A stretch of DNA of 64,000 bases from the NCBI RefSeq assembly GCF_032062105.1, contig NW_026938421.1, positions 682,001-746,000 of the forward strand, read 5' to 3'. The notes beneath the pieces are model-generated. The model had not been told where the DNA came from. It worked only from the letters and a program-made list of their open reading frames with translations, and did no database searches. Below are positions 61,101 through 64,000 of this stretch, piece by piece; positions within the stretch are counted from its first letter, which is position 1, and every line of letters starts with the position of its first letter. Source of the stretch: Saccostrea cucullata. Lineage: Eukaryota. Position numbers and translations under genes: made by a program.

Positions 61101-64000
61101 TGTGTTTTATTTTATACATCCAGTGGCCAAAAGACCTAAGAGGCTCAATGTGTATGGAATGCAAGGTAAATATGTACACCTTGATTGGACCTGAATTACA
61201 ATTTTATTTCCATTGTAACCAAATAAATTCACTGTGAGGCCAAGTCAAATAAATTGTGCTTGAAACAAAGATTTAGTGCATACTAAAATGCATATAACAT
61301 CTTATTATTTGTTTTTGTATTGGAAAAACTGTGCATTGTTTATTCCCCTGGGGAGCAGGAATCGTAGAGTGAATGTAAATAAAACAGGCCCTTGAGGTTG
61401 ATTTGAAATTTTGATTTTGATTTACAAGGGAGAAAAAGAAAAAGGATCAGGAGTTGTCTACCTTGGACATCTTCCCCATGGATTTTATGAAGGCCAACTC
61501 AAGAAATACATGTCACAGTTTGGAAAAGTGAAAGCTGTGAAGGTTTCCCGTAGTAATAAGGTGAGATATACCAGGCTGGCCTAGTAGATTTAGAATTAAA
61601 TCTATGTTCAGGACTTCCTGGATCAAAAAACTTAAGTGGAAGTTCCAATCATTTTTCTATAAGGCCAAAAAAAATTAATTAATAGTTTCATCAGTTCAAA
61701 AATGGCTGCATTGATCAATTTTATTGACATATTGAAAAGGGAAATAACTCAATTTTTCTATTTTTCCAAGTTGAAAAAGAAAATCGAGTTATTCCCCTTT
61801 TCATTAATGCTAAGAAAGACGTTTTTATTAGAAAAACAATATATTTCTTCTAAATCTAAAGTATTTTATCAATTAACTTTTAAATAAATGTTTGGAATAA
61901 CATTATTTAACGTTGAAAACATATTATACCTAATTTCAGAGATCAAAACTTAAGAATTAGTAGATATTATCATTTCTATTGCACAAATGACTTACAAAAA
62001 AAGGTGTAAAACCTGCTTTCGAAAAAACAAAAACAAAAACAAAACAAAAAACAAAAAAAAGCCTGCCTGTCGCATTGAATTTTTAATTTTTTGGCCTGAG
62101 AAACTATTATTTTTTTTTGGCCTAAGTATTTTAACCTTGATTTTTTTTTTACAAATCCTCAAATATCCCAAACTTCCAGACAATAAGGTTTGACTGTAAT
62201 TACTATCCACGGCACTTCACTGAAGGAAGACAGATGAGGTGGGGTTTTCTGGTAGAATATTTACAATATAGAAAGTAGGAAATCTAACTAAATCACTCAG
62301 GTGACATGCTTATTTCTGTTGGTTGCTAAACAATTCCAGCTTCCTCTCTGAAACAAATATCAATTTTATCATAATTATAGCATGTATGGGTAAGAGACAC
62401 ACCAATGTGATGGGTTCTACTCTCCTAGGTGAATCTGCTCTTGGTATAAATGCATCTTCTCATTCCTATCTTTACTTGGTACATGTATTGTCAAAGGTAT
62501 ACTTTCATTTGTAGACTGGTAAAAGTAAAGGCTACGCTTTTGTGGAATTCCAGTCAGATGATGTGGCCAGAATTGTAGCAGACACTATGAACAATTACCT
62601 GGTGTTTGAAAGACTCATCAAGTGTAGGGTTTTATATTAGAGGTTTTCTTATACCAAATAGTAAAGGCAAATAGTATTCATATTTAAAATTTGGAAAAGA
62701 GAAAATTGAAAGTTTGAGCTGAATTTCATTAAGTGTAGGGTTTTATATCAGAGTTTTTAACCAAATAATGAAGGCAAAAAGTATTCATATTTAGAATTTG
62801 GAAAAGAGAAAATGCCAATTAATGAAAATTAGAGCTGACCTTCGAGACTGTATATTTTAGGCCAGTATATTCCATCCGAGAAACTTCATCCTAAAACAAT
62901 GGGCAGAAGAAGTGGCGTGTTTAAGCCACCAAAAGCACATATCATCGCTCGTGATAGACACAACAACAGGAAAGCCGAGTTCAAACAGGAAAAGTCGATA
63001 AAAAGACTTCTGAAAAAGCAGAAAAAGAGAAGCGACATGCTGAAGGTGTTAGGGATTGACCTGAAAATGAACACTCTTGTAAGTATCCACCAACAGTGTA
63101 TTAATGTCAAAATATTTAAAATATTTAAATATACATATTTAAAAAAATATGCTATCTGTGAACAATAATGTCATTGATAAAACATGTTTATGTTATGAGA
63201 TTGTGAATGAATGTATTTTAAAAAAATATATGATACACTAAATAGTGTTATGAAATAAAGTTTGGCATTCATAAATTGCAATCATTTCAGAATAATTCTT
63301 TTTTTACAGTCAAAATTTATTCTAATTTACAGGAGAAAGTTTTAGAAACAGGGAAGCAAATTATTGAAGAAAAAGAAAAGGAGAAATTGACCCATGAAAC
63401 AACAGAAACAAATGTGAAGACACATGTAAAATCTAATGCAAAAACACCGGACTCTGCTAAAAAATCTAAGTCAGATTCCAAGTCACCTCTGTCTTCTGCT
63501 GAAGCAACACCTAAGGGACCATCAACACTCTCTAAAGTCACTCCACTGTCCTCCAAGTCAACACCTGTATCATCAAAGAAAGCAAAAACACCTAAAGAAG
63601 CCCCAGCTGTGAGTGAAGGAAGGCAGCAAACTCCCAAAGGAAAACCTATAGCAGCAACCCCAGTAACAACAAAGGCAACACCTCCAACATCTAAGAAAGC
63701 AAAAACACCTAAAGGAACCCCAGGTGTAGGCAAAGCCACCCAACAAACACCAAAAGCAACAACAGCAACATCGAAGGCAACACCTGTACATAAACTAACA
63801 CCGATGCCAAAAAAGAAAAACAGGAAGACAATTAGTCCTCAGATCTCACCAAAAGATCAAAGTATGGAGATCTTAATGGAGGACAGTGAAGAGGAGGACA
63901 TTTCATTTAAAACTCCCCCCAACACCGTACGATCCTCCAAAACCCCGACCTTATCCACCTCCGTGAAAAAGAAGCGGCCTCAGTCAGGAAGCAGTAACAC
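58123..64000 (+). CDS. NIFK: Nucleolar protein interacting with the FHA domain of Ki-67 (RRM, Nop15 homolog); runs off the window end
   Basis: Exon 1 at 58123 ([36 protein letters not shown]; see duplication finding), 61429-61560 ([14 protein letters not shown]...SRSNK), 62515-62623 ([36 protein letters not shown]), 62861-63078 ([12 protein letters not shown]...LGID), 63333 to beyond 64000 (TP-rich tail, [12 protein letters not shown]). Confidence 0.88.
59170..60289. mobile_element. Non-autonomous DNA transposon with about 300-bp TIRs and 8-bp TSD (P- or hAT-like), in NIFK intron 1
   Basis: 59170-59470 is the near-perfect reverse complement of about 59987-60289. CACAG...CTGTG termini; AAAGTACA duplicated at 59162 and 60290. 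Confidence 0.9.

Noticed and set aside
63317-63791. - strand ORFs (140 and 72 aa), and similar antisense ORFs over MED25 Q-rich exons and PARK7 exon 1
   Set aside because: They are antisense shadows of the real + strand exons.
25878-64000. IDH1, MDH1B and NIFK all lie on human 2q (possible ancient linkage)
   Set aside because: Recalled, chromosome-scale only and untestable here. The intervening genes map elsewhere, so it is not evidence of a functional cluster.

Overview
AT-rich, intron-rich animal DNA. The repeat families and gene sequences suggest a bivalve, probably an oyster (inference). Seven protein-coding genes were reconstructed by hand from splice sites and homology. They form three head-to-head pairs plus CDV3: a kinesin-3 KIF28-like gene (-, runs off the left end) / MED25 (+); cytosolic IDH1 (-) / PARK7 (DJ-1) (+); CDV3 (+); MDH1B (-) / NIFK (+, runs off the right end). 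Introns and intergenic DNA are full of transposons: an intact DD34D mariner, a related MITE, a 3.9-kb MULE-like element, many MITEs, Helentron-type non-autonomous elements with internal satellite arrays, a solo LTR and two miniature LTR elements with tRNA-derived LTRs. Main observations: (1) IDH1 ends at UGA-CUAG followed in frame by LDKDSSKL*, a predicted readthrough-encoded peroxisomal PTS1; (2) tandem duplications repeatedly start at functional exon boundaries (MED25, IDH1 twice, CDV3, NIFK), producing arrays of decoy splice sites; (3) a canonical U12-type AT-AC intron in the kinesin gene; (4) an apparently broken last exon of DJ-1 and a doubled NIFK exon 1, both possibly assembly artefacts. 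Coordinates were read by eye, and repeat boundaries may be off by a few bases.
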